From an uncultured Tenacibaculum sp. (lineage in GTDB: Bacteria; Bacteroidota; Bacteroidia; Flavobacteriales; Flavobacteriaceae): DNA of 64,000 bases. Below are positions 29,001-38,979 of the stretch, piece after piece (the first letter of the stretch is position 1; every line of letters starts with the position of its first letter). The notes beneath the pieces are model-generated. The model saw only the letters and a program-made list of their open reading frames with translations, was not told where the DNA came from and made no database searches. The stretch lies in assembly GCA_947498055.1 (NCBI GenBank), contig CANMJA010000019.1, positions 4,524 through 68,523 of the forward strand, written 5' to 3'. Both the position numbers and the translations under genes were made by a program.

Positions 29001-31174
29001 TCTGTTCCTTTATAACAAAAAACATCTTGTTTTGTATAGGATAAATCAAGTAAGGGAGGTGCTACTAAATCATAAGTTGCATCTGTCGCTCTTCTTAAAA
29101 TATTCTTTTCATAAACACCTACGGTAATTCCGTTAGCATCTTTTATGTTCACTGCATATTCTCCTTCTTCTAAATTTTTAAGAATCCTTCCTTTTTCTCC
29201 TCGAATTACTTCGTAATTACCAAAAAAATCTTTCCTTTTCCATGTATAATCGTATGCATATTTCCCGTCTAAAAGTGGGCTAAAAGGTATTCCTCCATTT
29301 GCTGTGACCGTTAGTTCTCCATCATTAGCCGAATTACCATGAATATTAGAAGGATTACATGATATTGGATTGGTTCTATCTAATTGGATAGATAGTTTGG
29401 GAGGCTCTACTAATTCTATTTTATCTCTCCGTAAAACGCAACCTAATCTATTACTAGCTCTACCATAATTATCATCTCTAACTCTAATAGAATAATTTCC
29501 ATCAATTCCATTTGTAAGGGTTACGAATGCTCCTTCTTCTCCAGGAACAATTTCTTGTTTCACATTTATTCTATTCCAATTTCTGGTAACACCGTTTTTC
29601 TCATAGATCCAAAGAATATCGTATTCTCCCTTAGAATCGGGAGTTCCTCCTGTAATATGTGCTGTAATTTCACCATCTGAAAAACCAAATCCAAGAGGAT
29701 TTTTCTTATGTACAATTTTTATATTTAAAGGTTTTTTAGGTTGTTTTATTTTTATTCGTACTTCTTTTTCTCTTCCTAAACCTACTATTCTTCCACCACT
29801 CCTCCTAATATCCTTAGCAATACAATCATTAAAATCTTTTACTTTTAACGTATACTCTCCTACATCTAATCTCCTTATATAGTGTGTTGGATTTCTTGCA
29901 GAAGCAAAAGAAACCCAATCACTTCTATATACAGGTGATCTATCTCCTGCTTTTCTGAGTAGATATTTATATTTTTTTCCTTCTTTTCCTCCGCTAGCTG
30001 TTATTTTTATACTTCCATCTTTTCCTCCATAACAAAGAATATCTGAGCTAGAAAAAGAAAATTCAACGGGTTTAGGACGTTTAATCTCTATTTCTATCTT
30101 ATGTTTTGTTGATTCAACATAGGTATTTGCTCCTCTGAAAAAACCAACTAACTCTATAGGATATTTTCCTGGCGCAAGTCCTTTTATTAAAATAGAATTA
30201 TCTGAAAGTCTAAAATTATGCCATTTTAAATTATCATAATCTCCAGGAAAATTCCCATTTGTACTACTAATACTTAAAGATTCTGATGGTCCAAGTCTTC
30301 TATCAAAAAAAAGACGTACTTCTCCATCTTTTGAATCATAACATTCTGTTATTCCTGAGTTATTGGTGGCATTATTTGTAATACGAGGTGCATCTCTAAA
30401 AAAACGATATGAAATTGTGTTAGATACAGATCCTTGACAGCCTGTATTTACTCTAAAAAAAATCGTCTTCCCATGATCTCTTACAGGATCTAAAAAATCT
30501 TTTCCTTTAACTCGTAAAAAGTTTTTTTGAGAGGTATAATTTGGTAGTGGTCTATAGGGTCCCGTAGCACTAAATGCATATTCCCAATTAAAATATCTAT
30601 TATTAATACCTCTAATTGCAGGTATTGTTAAATAACCTTCAGAACCAAAATTATTATTAACCCCTGGATTTGCTAACCTAACAACTGGTTTTATAACAAT
30701 TTTAGCCTGTCCTTCTACATCAGAGGCCTCTGAACCTCTTTTTATTCTTGCATTTCCTAAACTTGAAAAAGTATTATGAGTCTTAAAATCAAAAGTATAA
30801 TTTACACAAGTGCTATTATTTATCAATTCTACTTGAAACCACCTTCTATATCTTGATTGACAATTTCCTCTTTTCCTTCTTCTAAAATTGGTATGAAAAT
30901 TTATTTGTTTTATTTTATTGCTCTCATTAAACTTAACTGTGTTCGTAATTATTGGCCTGTTTCGATATCTTCCTGGGCTAAAATATCTATCATCCAAAAA
31001 ACCATTTTCATACTGTAAATGTATGTATTGCAACCCATTACTTCTTGAGCCACAACTACTTCTAGTTCTACCAACATACCCTGATATATCCAACTCATAA
31101 TGTGCTTCTTGCGAATACACTTCGCTTACAAAAAGGAACAATAAAAACGTAATTATAAAAAACTTTTTTTGCAT
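26087..31174 (-). CDS. SprB-repeat surface protein with a T9SS type A C-terminal sorting domain
   Basis: Signal peptide; repeated 'DV.CY.G.DG.I.L.I.GG..PY...W' units; C-terminal ISPNP.NG.F...IRIFNMQG...GMYVV...KRMIVH. Confidence 0.85.
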   Translation of the reverse strand: MQKKFFIITFLLFLFVSEVYSQEAHYELDISGYVGRTRSSCGSRSNGLQYIHLQYENGFLDDRYFSPGRYRNRPIITNTVKFNESNKIKQINFHTNFRRRKRGNCQSRYRRWFQVELINNSTCVNYTFDFKTHNTFSSLGNARIKRGSEASDVEGQAKIVIKPVVRLANPGVNNNFGSEGYLTIPAIRGINNRYFNWEYAFSATGPYRPLPNYTSQKNFLRVKGKDFLDPVRDHGKTIFFRVNTGCQGSVSNTISYRFFRDAPRITNNATNNSGITECYDSKDGEVRLFFDRRLGPSESLSISSTNGNFPGDYDNLKWHNFRLSDNSILIKGLAPGKYPIELVGFFRGANTYVESTKHKIEIEIKRPKPVEFSFSSSDILCYGGKDGSIKITASGGKEGKKYKYLLRKAGDRSPVYRSDWVSFASARNPTHYIRRLDVGEYTLKVKDFNDCIAKDIRRSGGRIVGLGREKEVRIKIKQPKKPLNIKIVHKKNPLGFGFSDGEITAHITGGTPDSKGEYDILWIYEKNGVTRNWNRINVKQEIVPGEEGAFVTLTNGIDGNYSIRVRDDNYGRASNRLGCVLRRDKIELVEPPKLSIQLDRTNPISCNPSNIHGNSANDGELTVTANGGIPFSPLLDGKYAYDYTWKRKDFFGNYEVIRGEKGRILKNLEEGEYAVNIKDANGITVGVYEKNILRRATDATYDLVAPPLLDLSYTKQDVFCYKGTDGSIDLTIKGGTGAYTILWSNNETTEDISQLTAGTYQVKVVDEKGCEAEATIEIEEPNAPLKISYQFFEPTFAGATNGWIEATITGGTPLNSNEYTFVWKDANGHNLNNKVTSSATTASHIIRLNGIGEGNYKLTVQDKNYPLAIDLSNCTITESEYFLNEPEPLVADVTIKTPISCNRNNVGNPFSDGELEIKVTGGVRLQPNENAGLSYYYTWKKETAPGVWTVLPTQTSNIATGLDQGNYAVNIKDANGIVIGEYQNNALVKAKDLLQEIREPEVIEVSFKKQDVFCYEGSDGWAEVFIKGGTPPYHIEWNTGSTVSRINNLIKGQYTVTITDTRGCEVVENIEINQPENEITIDFIEFSTPKKGGESTGWILAEIDGGTTFADGSYTYYWQNEKGEIINAQTTTNVRNGKFQIRLNNIPKDTYVLTIEDANYQKATTKKGCTYIEKEFILYDPVEAVITIDTPISCNQNNVFNNPFSDGILQVEVTGGLPFETGNPYTYFWKKENSAGVYEDLNINSNRITNLSHGSYSLNVEDSRGIVIGEYNSSLLIKSTDVIFQFNEPDLLEVQLSATEISCDQGNNGTATVNILGGIPPYNIQWSNGSIETKAVDLIAGNYVVFVTDARGCEVTGNITLMPPGSLQIDVIKKAPSCFKGNDGAIEVSISGGVPPYTHSWNTGETGTSIKNLKEGTYIFTLTDANKCKAFVKVDLEEPEEITIDLGEDKTLCKDQSYVLNATIEDTNTTYLWTSDNGFSSTDAIVEVQKSGVYTIEATSSKGCTITDSITIQYNDEDIESNFLMSSQAYLDEEIVLLNKSSLQQSVFEWILPEDVIIVEKTERTITLKFKEVTSYEIGLRSHVGDCIEELFKTIVIEEPSELADSQGVSESFIELFRISPNPNNGNFTADIKLIKPSEIAIRIFNMQGELIKSYTPVEIVEEYTKPFTINQPSGMYVVVLETAKETRVKRMIVH

Positions 31175-31177
31175 GTT

Positions 31178-33259
31178 TTAATAGTTTATTTCAACTTTTT
31201 TAACTTTCGAATACGAGGCATCTACTAGTATGGCTCTTATGTGATATATGTAAGTTTCGTTGGGACTTACTTCGGTGTCTATTATTTTTTTTATTTTACT
31301 AGGAAGTACTTTCCATGTACTAAGCGATTTTCCTTTTAATTGCTTGTAAATAGTATACTCCGCTACTTTTTTTTCATCTGCTCTCCAAAAAAGTTCTATC
31401 TCGTGTGTTTGTCTGTTTACTAAGTAATTAAATCCTTTAACTGCTTCGTTTGTTTTCAAAGAAACTGCTTTAATAGTAAGAGGTGAAGAAGGCTTAGAAC
31501 TTAAGTTTGCTTTGTCTATTGCTTTAATTTTATAGCGATACACATGGTTGTTTTCTAATTCAGTATCTGTAAAACTTTTAATGGTATCTTGAGTTGTTAA
31601 TACCATTTTCCATTCTGACTTTTCTGTAATATTTTTTCTTAATAGTACATGTTTTACTTCTTCTTCTGGAGAACGAACCCAATGTAAAATGATTTTACCT
31701 TCTTGTACTTTATAATCTTTAAAAACAGGAGCTATTGGCGGAATTAGATCTGGTTTTTCTACAACTAATACTTCAGATTTATTGGAATGGTTATGTCTTT
31801 TATCTACAGCTACTATTTGATAGTATACTTTTGCATTCAAATTTTTTACCTCTACTGTATCTATGAATTGATTTTGTGTTATAGGTGATATAGTAATCTG
31901 AGATGGCTCTTCTTCTTTTGTAAATCCTCTAAAAACTCTATATCCTAATAAATCTTTTTCTACATTTTGTTTCCACGATATTTTTACAATTCCTAATGTA
32001 TCTATTTTTCCTTCTAAAATTGTTGGTGTTTCTGGCGGTGTTGTATCTGCTAATTGTACCAAGCTTGAAAAAGAGGTTTTTTGTTGTTTTCCGTCTTTAC
32101 CTATAGCTATTATTTTCACATAATTTGATGCTTTGAGTTGCTGTAACTTAAAACTTCGTTGGGTAGGCAAAATATTATCTGCAACAACTGTATAATTACC
32201 ACTATCTTCAGAAGCGCTAATTATTTGAAACTTCTGAATTAATTTTTCTCCTTTTTTAGGAAAATCCCATAATACAACGGCTTCCTCTGCTTTGTCTGTT
32301 AATTTAACATCTATAATTCTAGGGGTAAAAGGTAAAATTGGCGTTCCTTTCCCTGAAATAATATCGCTCATAACTCCTTTTTCTCCAAAAGAAGAAATTC
32401 CTTGTAGCCTGTAATAATATTTTTTGGTATTATTCGCCAATGTATCTATATAAAACATTCGTTTTGCTTGTGCCCCTGGCTTATCATTTAAATTAACTAA
32501 AGGTTCTTTACTTATTGGAGTAAAGTTTTTGCCATCTTCTGAACGTTCTAAATAATAAGACGTGTATATGCTTTTTAACAACTGATATTCCCAAGTTAGA
32601 GTTACACTTTTATCTCCAAATATTCCTCTAAAGTCTAATGGTTTTGGTAGCGGTTCATACTTTTTAATGGTAGCTATTACTGCATTTCCTTTTATTGTAT
32701 TCTTACTAGAAATAACAGCTGATTGAATTTTATACACGTACGTTTCATTCTTTTTCACTTCCTTATCTATATATCCCCAACCTGCTTTTTTTGCAGCTTC
32801 AAAATTCGTTTCAGCAGCAAGTAATGAAAACGAAAACCGTTGTTCTATCTCATTTGCTAGGTTATAAATATCTGCTAATTGTGTGCTATTTCCTCCATCT
32901 ACAAAAAAACTTTCTCCATATAATGCCTGTGCTATAATTGCTGCATTGTCGTTATTTTGCACTATGTTTTCCCATGTTTCTAGCGGGTCAGCTTTTATGT
33001 TTTCTTCCCAAACTTTTTCAGGATCTGATAGTCTTTTCCCATCTCTAAACAAAACATATTTTTGTAATAAAAATCCTGTTTCATTTGTTTTTTTCCAAGC
33101 TCTAGATGTGGTTGCACCCCATCTTAATAGTATTTGATTTTTTTGTGCTCTTGAAACTATTTTCACCTCTTCTTTTACTTCTTGCGCAAAATTATTTTGT
33201 GCAAGAAAGACTAAGAATACGATGTTAAAAATTTTTATATATGTACTAAAACTCTTCAT
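31178..33259 (-). CDS. Fibronectin type III repeat protein
   Basis: Signal peptide; repeated 'L.W', 'Y.LER', 'YID', 'YYYRLQG' FN3-like units. Confidence 0.75.
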   Translation of the reverse strand: MKSFSTYIKIFNIVFLVFLAQNNFAQEVKEEVKIVSRAQKNQILLRWGATTSRAWKKTNETGFLLQKYVLFRDGKRLSDPEKVWEENIKADPLETWENIVQNNDNAAIIAQALYGESFFVDGGNSTQLADIYNLANEIEQRFSFSLLAAETNFEAAKKAGWGYIDKEVKKNETYVYKIQSAVISSKNTIKGNAVIATIKKYEPLPKPLDFRGIFGDKSVTLTWEYQLLKSIYTSYYLERSEDGKNFTPISKEPLVNLNDKPGAQAKRMFYIDTLANNTKKYYYRLQGISSFGEKGVMSDIISGKGTPILPFTPRIIDVKLTDKAEEAVVLWDFPKKGEKLIQKFQIISASEDSGNYTVVADNILPTQRSFKLQQLKASNYVKIIAIGKDGKQQKTSFSSLVQLADTTPPETPTILEGKIDTLGIVKISWKQNVEKDLLGYRVFRGFTKEEEPSQITISPITQNQFIDTVEVKNLNAKVYYQIVAVDKRHNHSNKSEVLVVEKPDLIPPIAPVFKDYKVQEGKIILHWVRSPEEEVKHVLLRKNITEKSEWKMVLTTQDTIKSFTDTELENNHVYRYKIKAIDKANLSSKPSSPLTIKAVSLKTNEAVKGFNYLVNRQTHEIELFWRADEKKVAEYTIYKQLKGKSLSTWKVLPSKIKKIIDTEVSPNETYIYHIRAILVDASYSKVKKVEINY

Positions 33260-33272
33260 TAATCTTTACTTT

Positions 33273-36200
33273 TTAGTATCTAAATTTATTTGGGTTTTTA
33301 AACTTGTATATTACTTCTGTTCCTTTTCTTTCCCCTGGTAACATGTAACGAAGTTTTGTCTTATAAAATCCGTAGCGCATAAAAAGATAATCTTCGTCTA
33401 AAAAGTTTAGTATCGAGTTTCCTTTTTGAAGTTTTCCTTCTAATAAAGCATTTACTATTTGCGATTGTATATCTACCCAATCTGATTTATAAATCAATCC
33501 TAAATTATACCTGAAAGGAAATGTTGTTTCTAGCATATCTTGATCTACCTCATACTCTAAATTTTGTAAATATTTTTCTATAATTGGTAGTGCTAATTTT
33601 GGAGGAGTTCCTAACTCATTCGCATCTCTATTTTCTATTTGATATTCCTCTACTGGAAATTTTGAATACAATGGCGGATTCATATCTTTTTTAAAATAAT
33701 CATCTTCTAATGTAGCTTCAATAGTTACTAAAGGTTTTTTATTAGTATAACTAGAGCCTAATAAATCGGTAAGATCAAAAGGTTCATGCTTTTTTATAGA
33801 ATTTCCTAAATAAATTACATCTGAGTAAAGAGAACTCCATCTATAATCTACCGTTTTAATGGCTTTAATTTTTTGTTTAAATGTTTTGTAGCTTGAAGTT
33901 GCAAAGCCATAAGCTAGTCTTTCTATTACTCCTTCTTTTTGCAAACTCTCCGATTGTTTGTCTTGTATACTAACCGTATTTCCTTCTGTTTCTTTTCCTA
34001 GATTTATATCTTTATATGATGCTTCTTTAGTAGAAGATGCATTACTAGTATTTTTAGCTTCACTAACAATACTTATTTTATAGGTTGATGTTTGTGATAA
34101 GTTGGGTAAATTATATCTTACTATATTATCACTTGTATTGTATGTAAAGTCATGTTTTTTAAAAGGTTCTTCCTCTTTTTGGTAGGTTAAAAAACTTTTC
34201 CATTGATTGTCATCAAATAAATAATCTTGCCCTCTTCTTAATTGAATATATCCTTGATTATATTCTTTTTCTAAAAAGTATTTTTGATTTAATACAGGAT
34301 AGGCATATGTAATATTATGTAACGGAATTACATTAGGAGCACCTCCTGTAGTAAAGGTTCTTTCTTCGTACTCTTTTGCTGGTTTCCCATCAATTTCTAT
34401 AGTTCTAAAAATTCCTTTAATTTTTTCTTTAAAGCTTACTTCTACCTTTACTTTTAATTCTTCATAAGGAGGTAAAATATCTTTCGATATAAAATTGGCT
34501 CTATCTTTATATTTAGACCATTCTATGCTTCCTTCAATTTCTTTTCCTTTATGTAGTACTTGAAATTTTTCTAAGATAATTTTGTATACTTTATCTCCAT
34601 CATCTTCTGGTATGATAATAGGTTCTCCTACTTTCATACTAAAAGTTGCTTGCGGAATTGCAAATACATCTATGTCTTTAGCATTTTTCCCTGGAGTTAC
34701 GTCTGCAATTATTTTTAATCCACCTAAAGGAGAAGCATTTTCAAAAACACACTCTTCTCCTATTGTTAATTTAAATCGGAAATTTCCTTTTACCAAACCA
34801 CCTAATAAATCAAAATCTCCAGCTAAATATCCTCGCATCCAAATAGGGTTAGGCGCTTTTGCTTGTAAAAGCACAGCTGCACCACCTTTTATGATTGAAA
34901 TTTTCTTTTTTATAAAAAACAACTTTATTCTAAGTCCTAATTCTCCTTGTAAATAAGCATAAGCTTGTCCGTTTGCATACCAACCATTAATACCTACTTG
35001 GTCTCCTGTATTACTACAAGTTGCTTTTCCATAATTTCTCAACATCATGTCAAAACCTGCTCCTGCTTTAAACCTAGCATAAAAAATAAGAAAACGTAAA
35101 TCTCCTGTATCTATTTCTATATTAGATCCAAAAGCAAAACCTGCACCACTTTTTAAAGCGTTTTCATCACGCATGTAGTCTAGTTTATTAGGCTCTAATT
35201 TTAATATATTGGCAACTTCTATTGGAGGTGGAGGAGAACCTGGTAATTTTGATCCCGTCATAAAATACCCACCTGTTTCAACGCTTAGAGATCCTACTCC
35301 CATACGTAATCCTAATCGATCTTCTGGGGTTCCTACATATATATACCATTCTTTGGGAGAAAAGTGTAATACAGCCCATCCTGCTCTTCCATAACTCCCT
35401 ATTCCTCTTATAACACCTCCTGCTACATTTACATAGGCATCTAATTCTCCGTGTAAAACATTATTCTGAAAATCGTATGTAATAGATGCCTTGGCACTCA
35501 TTGCAACATTATCTGGTGGTGTTTGAGGAAAATCGTTAGAAGCTTTATCTAACAAATTTCTACCAACAAAAGAATTTTTTGTATTTTCTTCAGTTACTCC
35601 TAAAAACTTTTCCTTCACATTTGCATTTTCTTTTACCTTTGCCATTAAATCACTCACCTTCTCCATTCCTGGTATTTTTATAGCTAAAAATGTTGCCTGC
35701 CCGTAGTATCCTAAAAAGTTTATTCCACCACTTTTATTAAATATAATTTCAAAACCAGCTCCTCCTTTTAATACTTCTCTTTTTACCACATTAAACATTA
35801 CCATTGCTTTTACACCTAAACCAACATTTGCATCTGGTGTATATCCTAATCCTGAAGGTGAAAAAGAAGAACTAAAATCTGTACGACGCATTTTATAGGA
35901 AGCTCCACCTGCAAAACCTTCTAAATTTAAAATACCTGTTCCTGTGCCTGGCGGTAAATTATCTACTAGTACATCAAACTGCCAATACCTAAAATCTTTT
36001 TTCCCAAAAATTCCTTTAGCTCCTACTTTTATTCCATTTCCTGATTTAAATTCTGCTTCTAAACTGGCGGCAAAACCGTTTCCGTATTCCGGATGGTCGT
36101 CCATTATTAAAAGGCTTCCCCTCATTGCAAACCCTCCTAAATCGGCATCTAAACTTATAGCTTCTAATGAAACACTTCTAAACTTCCACTTCTGTCTTTT

Positions 36201-38012
36201 ATTTTCTTCTTTAAAATACCCTATAATTGCTAAACTAGATTGTGCTGCAAACCCATTATTTTCTCCCATTAGGTTAATACCTAAATCAAAATATAGATTT
36301 GCTTCTGTTTTATTTGCTGTAATTCCTATTCTAGAAATAGATACTGGAAAATTACCTAAAAGACTTTGCCCTTCATACCCCATATAGTCTACCGAAAAAA
36401 CAGGAGACTCTGTTTGTAAAACTAAATTTTGAAATACTATTCCTTTAAATTCTACAAATCGTTTTTTTAGAGAACCGGTTTCTGTTGCACTATCTTCAGC
36501 TTCTGCTTTTTTACTAGCACTTATTGCTAATCTCCCATGTAATGTGGCCTTGGGTCTAAATTCTCCGTCTTTTACCTTTAATGTTATAGCACTGTTTGGT
36601 AATAGTTCTCCTTTTGCCTTCCATAAATTAAAATCTACTACTGAGGTATTACTTACGGTTAATGAATATTCGTCTTCTGAGATTAATCCTTCATAACGTA
36701 ATCCTAGTTTTTCTTTTTGTTTAGAAATAGGTAGTAATATTTCTCCATCAAAAGAAGCTCTAGTAAGTTCGTTTGCAGCTAAAGAGACTTCTATTTTATC
36801 TAATGAATATGCCCAAGCTCGTTTTTCATTGGTTCTTCCTTCATCGAGAGAAAAAACATTATTCGCATAAAAATCTCCAGAAACACCATAGTTATCTACT
36901 AATAAGTGATGGGCTCCAAAAGCAATCCGTTTTTGTTCCGAAATACTACTCTGAGTTTTAAATTCTTTTGGTAATTTAACTTCTAGTGTGTTTACATATA
37001 CCCCTCGCCATGCTTGTTCATTTGGAAATAATAAGTTGTTTTCGTAATAATGACTTGGAAATACCATACTCGGAATATTATGTAAATCACTAAGATCTAA
37101 TGTTGCTTGGTTTACATAAAATTGAAAATTACCATCGTAATTTTTTTTGTTTCTTTTTTTAGATAATACAAAAGGCTGTAAATCGATACTTATTAATAAA
37201 TCATTCCAATCTTTTGCTTTTGTTGTAAAACCTCCTTTTACTCTATTTGGCACTTGCATTGTTTGTGTACCATTTTCTGTAGTTATTCGTTTGGTTATAT
37301 GTGTTCTGTTTTCGTTTACTTTTCCATTATCTTCTATCGGAATTAAAAGTTCTCTTGAAAATTCTACCTCTCCTTCTACACTAAATCCTTTAACTCCATC
37401 ACAAGTAATTGTTACATAACTTTTATTGGTAGTATTTCCTGATGTATAATCAAACCCTCCTTTTAAAGTAAATAGCCATTTTCCTGCATTAATAGGTAAA
37501 TGTACATCTCCTAACAATACTAAATTCGCTTCTCCTATGATACCTCCATAATGAGATAACCTTACGTTATTTGCTCCAAAAAAAAGTTCTATTGGCAAAC
37601 CGTTTTCATCTGTTTGAGGTAGTTTTAATCGAGCAAAAACAGTTAACTCTGTGTAGTTTTGAAAAATTCTAGCCTGTGTAATTCCTATAGCATATTGTGT
37701 ATTTTCTCTTGTATATTTAACTCCTACTGGCAATTCTTGAATATCTTCATTAGAAAAAGTATCTACCCAATTATTTCGGTCTTCTATCACTTTAAAAGAG
37801 CCTTTTGCTTCTCCTCTTTTATTAATTACACTAGTTTTTTCAGGATACCAAGCTGCTATATTTTCCCATGAGAAGTTTTGATTTTTTGTTTTAGCAATAT
37901 CTACAAATCTATTTTTCTCAACCCCATGCATTATAGAGTCTTTTGAAAATAGAACTTTTCCGTGGCTTACATAACACAGAAAATAAAGGATTATTAATAA
38001 TCTTTTTTTCAT
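33273..38012 (-). CDS. Large secreted beta-rich hypothetical protein (first gene of the six-gene operon)
   Basis: 1579 aa; signal peptide; long Gly/aromatic-rich beta-strand pattern; no family recognised with confidence. Confidence 0.6.
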   Translation of the reverse strand: MKKRLLIILYFLCYVSHGKVLFSKDSIMHGVEKNRFVDIAKTKNQNFSWENIAAWYPEKTSVINKRGEAKGSFKVIEDRNNWVDTFSNEDIQELPVGVKYTRENTQYAIGITQARIFQNYTELTVFARLKLPQTDENGLPIELFFGANNVRLSHYGGIIGEANLVLLGDVHLPINAGKWLFTLKGGFDYTSGNTTNKSYVTITCDGVKGFSVEGEVEFSRELLIPIEDNGKVNENRTHITKRITTENGTQTMQVPNRVKGGFTTKAKDWNDLLISIDLQPFVLSKKRNKKNYDGNFQFYVNQATLDLSDLHNIPSMVFPSHYYENNLLFPNEQAWRGVYVNTLEVKLPKEFKTQSSISEQKRIAFGAHHLLVDNYGVSGDFYANNVFSLDEGRTNEKRAWAYSLDKIEVSLAANELTRASFDGEILLPISKQKEKLGLRYEGLISEDEYSLTVSNTSVVDFNLWKAKGELLPNSAITLKVKDGEFRPKATLHGRLAISASKKAEAEDSATETGSLKKRFVEFKGIVFQNLVLQTESPVFSVDYMGYEGQSLLGNFPVSISRIGITANKTEANLYFDLGINLMGENNGFAAQSSLAIIGYFKEENKRQKWKFRSVSLEAISLDADLGGFAMRGSLLIMDDHPEYGNGFAASLEAEFKSGNGIKVGAKGIFGKKDFRYWQFDVLVDNLPPGTGTGILNLEGFAGGASYKMRRTDFSSSFSPSGLGYTPDANVGLGVKAMVMFNVVKREVLKGGAGFEIIFNKSGGINFLGYYGQATFLAIKIPGMEKVSDLMAKVKENANVKEKFLGVTEENTKNSFVGRNLLDKASNDFPQTPPDNVAMSAKASITYDFQNNVLHGELDAYVNVAGGVIRGIGSYGRAGWAVLHFSPKEWYIYVGTPEDRLGLRMGVGSLSVETGGYFMTGSKLPGSPPPPIEVANILKLEPNKLDYMRDENALKSGAGFAFGSNIEIDTGDLRFLIFYARFKAGAGFDMMLRNYGKATCSNTGDQVGINGWYANGQAYAYLQGELGLRIKLFFIKKKISIIKGGAAVLLQAKAPNPIWMRGYLAGDFDLLGGLVKGNFRFKLTIGEECVFENASPLGGLKIIADVTPGKNAKDIDVFAIPQATFSMKVGEPIIIPEDDGDKVYKIILEKFQVLHKGKEIEGSIEWSKYKDRANFISKDILPPYEELKVKVEVSFKEKIKGIFRTIEIDGKPAKEYEERTFTTGGAPNVIPLHNITYAYPVLNQKYFLEKEYNQGYIQLRRGQDYLFDDNQWKSFLTYQKEEEPFKKHDFTYNTSDNIVRYNLPNLSQTSTYKISIVSEAKNTSNASSTKEASYKDINLGKETEGNTVSIQDKQSESLQKEGVIERLAYGFATSSYKTFKQKIKAIKTVDYRWSSLYSDVIYLGNSIKKHEPFDLTDLLGSSYTNKKPLVTIEATLEDDYFKKDMNPPLYSKFPVEEYQIENRDANELGTPPKLALPIIEKYLQNLEYEVDQDMLETTFPFRYNLGLIYKSDWVDIQSQIVNALLEGKLQKGNSILNFLDEDYLFMRYGFYKTKLRYMLPGERKGTEVIYKFKNPNKFRY

Positions 38013-38343
38013 AAATTTACTTTATTGAGATGTCAAAATTCCCACTAAAAAAGAGTTAACACAACCCTATATTCAGGGATTTATACTATTATCCGTTTTT
38101 TTCTATAAAATAAAACATGCTAAAAAAGACTTTAAGGAAGTTATTTTAACAGGTTTTAAAAACTGACAAAAAATAAACCCAAAACACTAACAAACAAACA
38201 CATAAACCTATTTTCACTTCACTAGAAACTATTCTTATTTTCTGTGTATTTTTACTTATAAAAAGCATAGATTATTAATTACTAGCTTTATATTTATCTT
38301 TTTAAATTTCGTTCTTATTTAGTTCGATTAAAAAATAACATAC

Positions 38344-38979
38344 TTGGAAAAAACGGTAAATTATTTAAGCACCAATTCTTACGATACTTTAAATACATAC
38401 ACAAATACCACTAAAAATGTATGGTTAGTTTTTCATGGTATAGGTTATTTGAGTCGTTTTTTTATTAGACATTTCTCTCAGTTATCTGCTGAAGAAAATT
38501 ATATTATTTGTCCACAAGCACCATCAAAATATTATAAAGACAATACTTATAAACGTGTAGGCGCTTCGTGGTTAACTCGTGAAAATACTGCAGTAGAAAC
38601 TGAAAATGTGCTTAACTATATAGATGCGGTTATACAGAATGAGAACATCGATTTTAATACTGTTCGTTTTATTGTTTTAGGATACTCACAGGGAGTTAGT
38701 ATCGCTACTCGTTGGTTAGCTTTGCGTAAACAGTTTTGTCATCAATTAGTTATGATTTCAGGAGTTTTTCCTAAGGAATTAGGTCGTACCAATTTTCTTC
38801 ATTTACCAAATTTAAAAACAGTGCATAGTGTGGGACTAAATGATGAAATATTTGATCCTGAAAACGTAAAACTACAAGAAAATAGAATTTGCTCTTACTT
38901 TCCTAAAACACAGATAATAAATCATAATGGCGGACATATTTTAGAAGTAAAATTATTGGAGAAATATATAAATATTTAA
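38344..38979 (+). CDS. Alpha/beta hydrolase (phospholipase/carboxylesterase family)
   Basis: FHGIG, GYSQG nucleophile elbow, C-terminal GGH; TTG start. Confidence 0.8.
   Translation: MEKTVNYLSTNSYDTLNTYTNTTKNVWLVFHGIGYLSRFFIRHFSQLSAEENYIICPQAPSKYYKDNTYKRVGASWLTRENTAVETENVLNYIDAVIQNENIDFNTVRFIVLGYSQGVSIATRWLALRKQFCHQLVMISGVFPKELGRTNFLHLPNLKTVHSVGLNDEIFDPENVKLQENRICSYFPKTQIINHNGGHILEVKLLEKYINI

Noticed and set aside
14694-37871. Numerous 60-147 aa plus-strand ORFs antisense to the operon, as possible immunity genes
   Set aside because: All lie wholly within long minus-strand CDSs and have the Phe/Ser/Leu/Ile-rich composition of antisense shadows; no independent start signals are evident.
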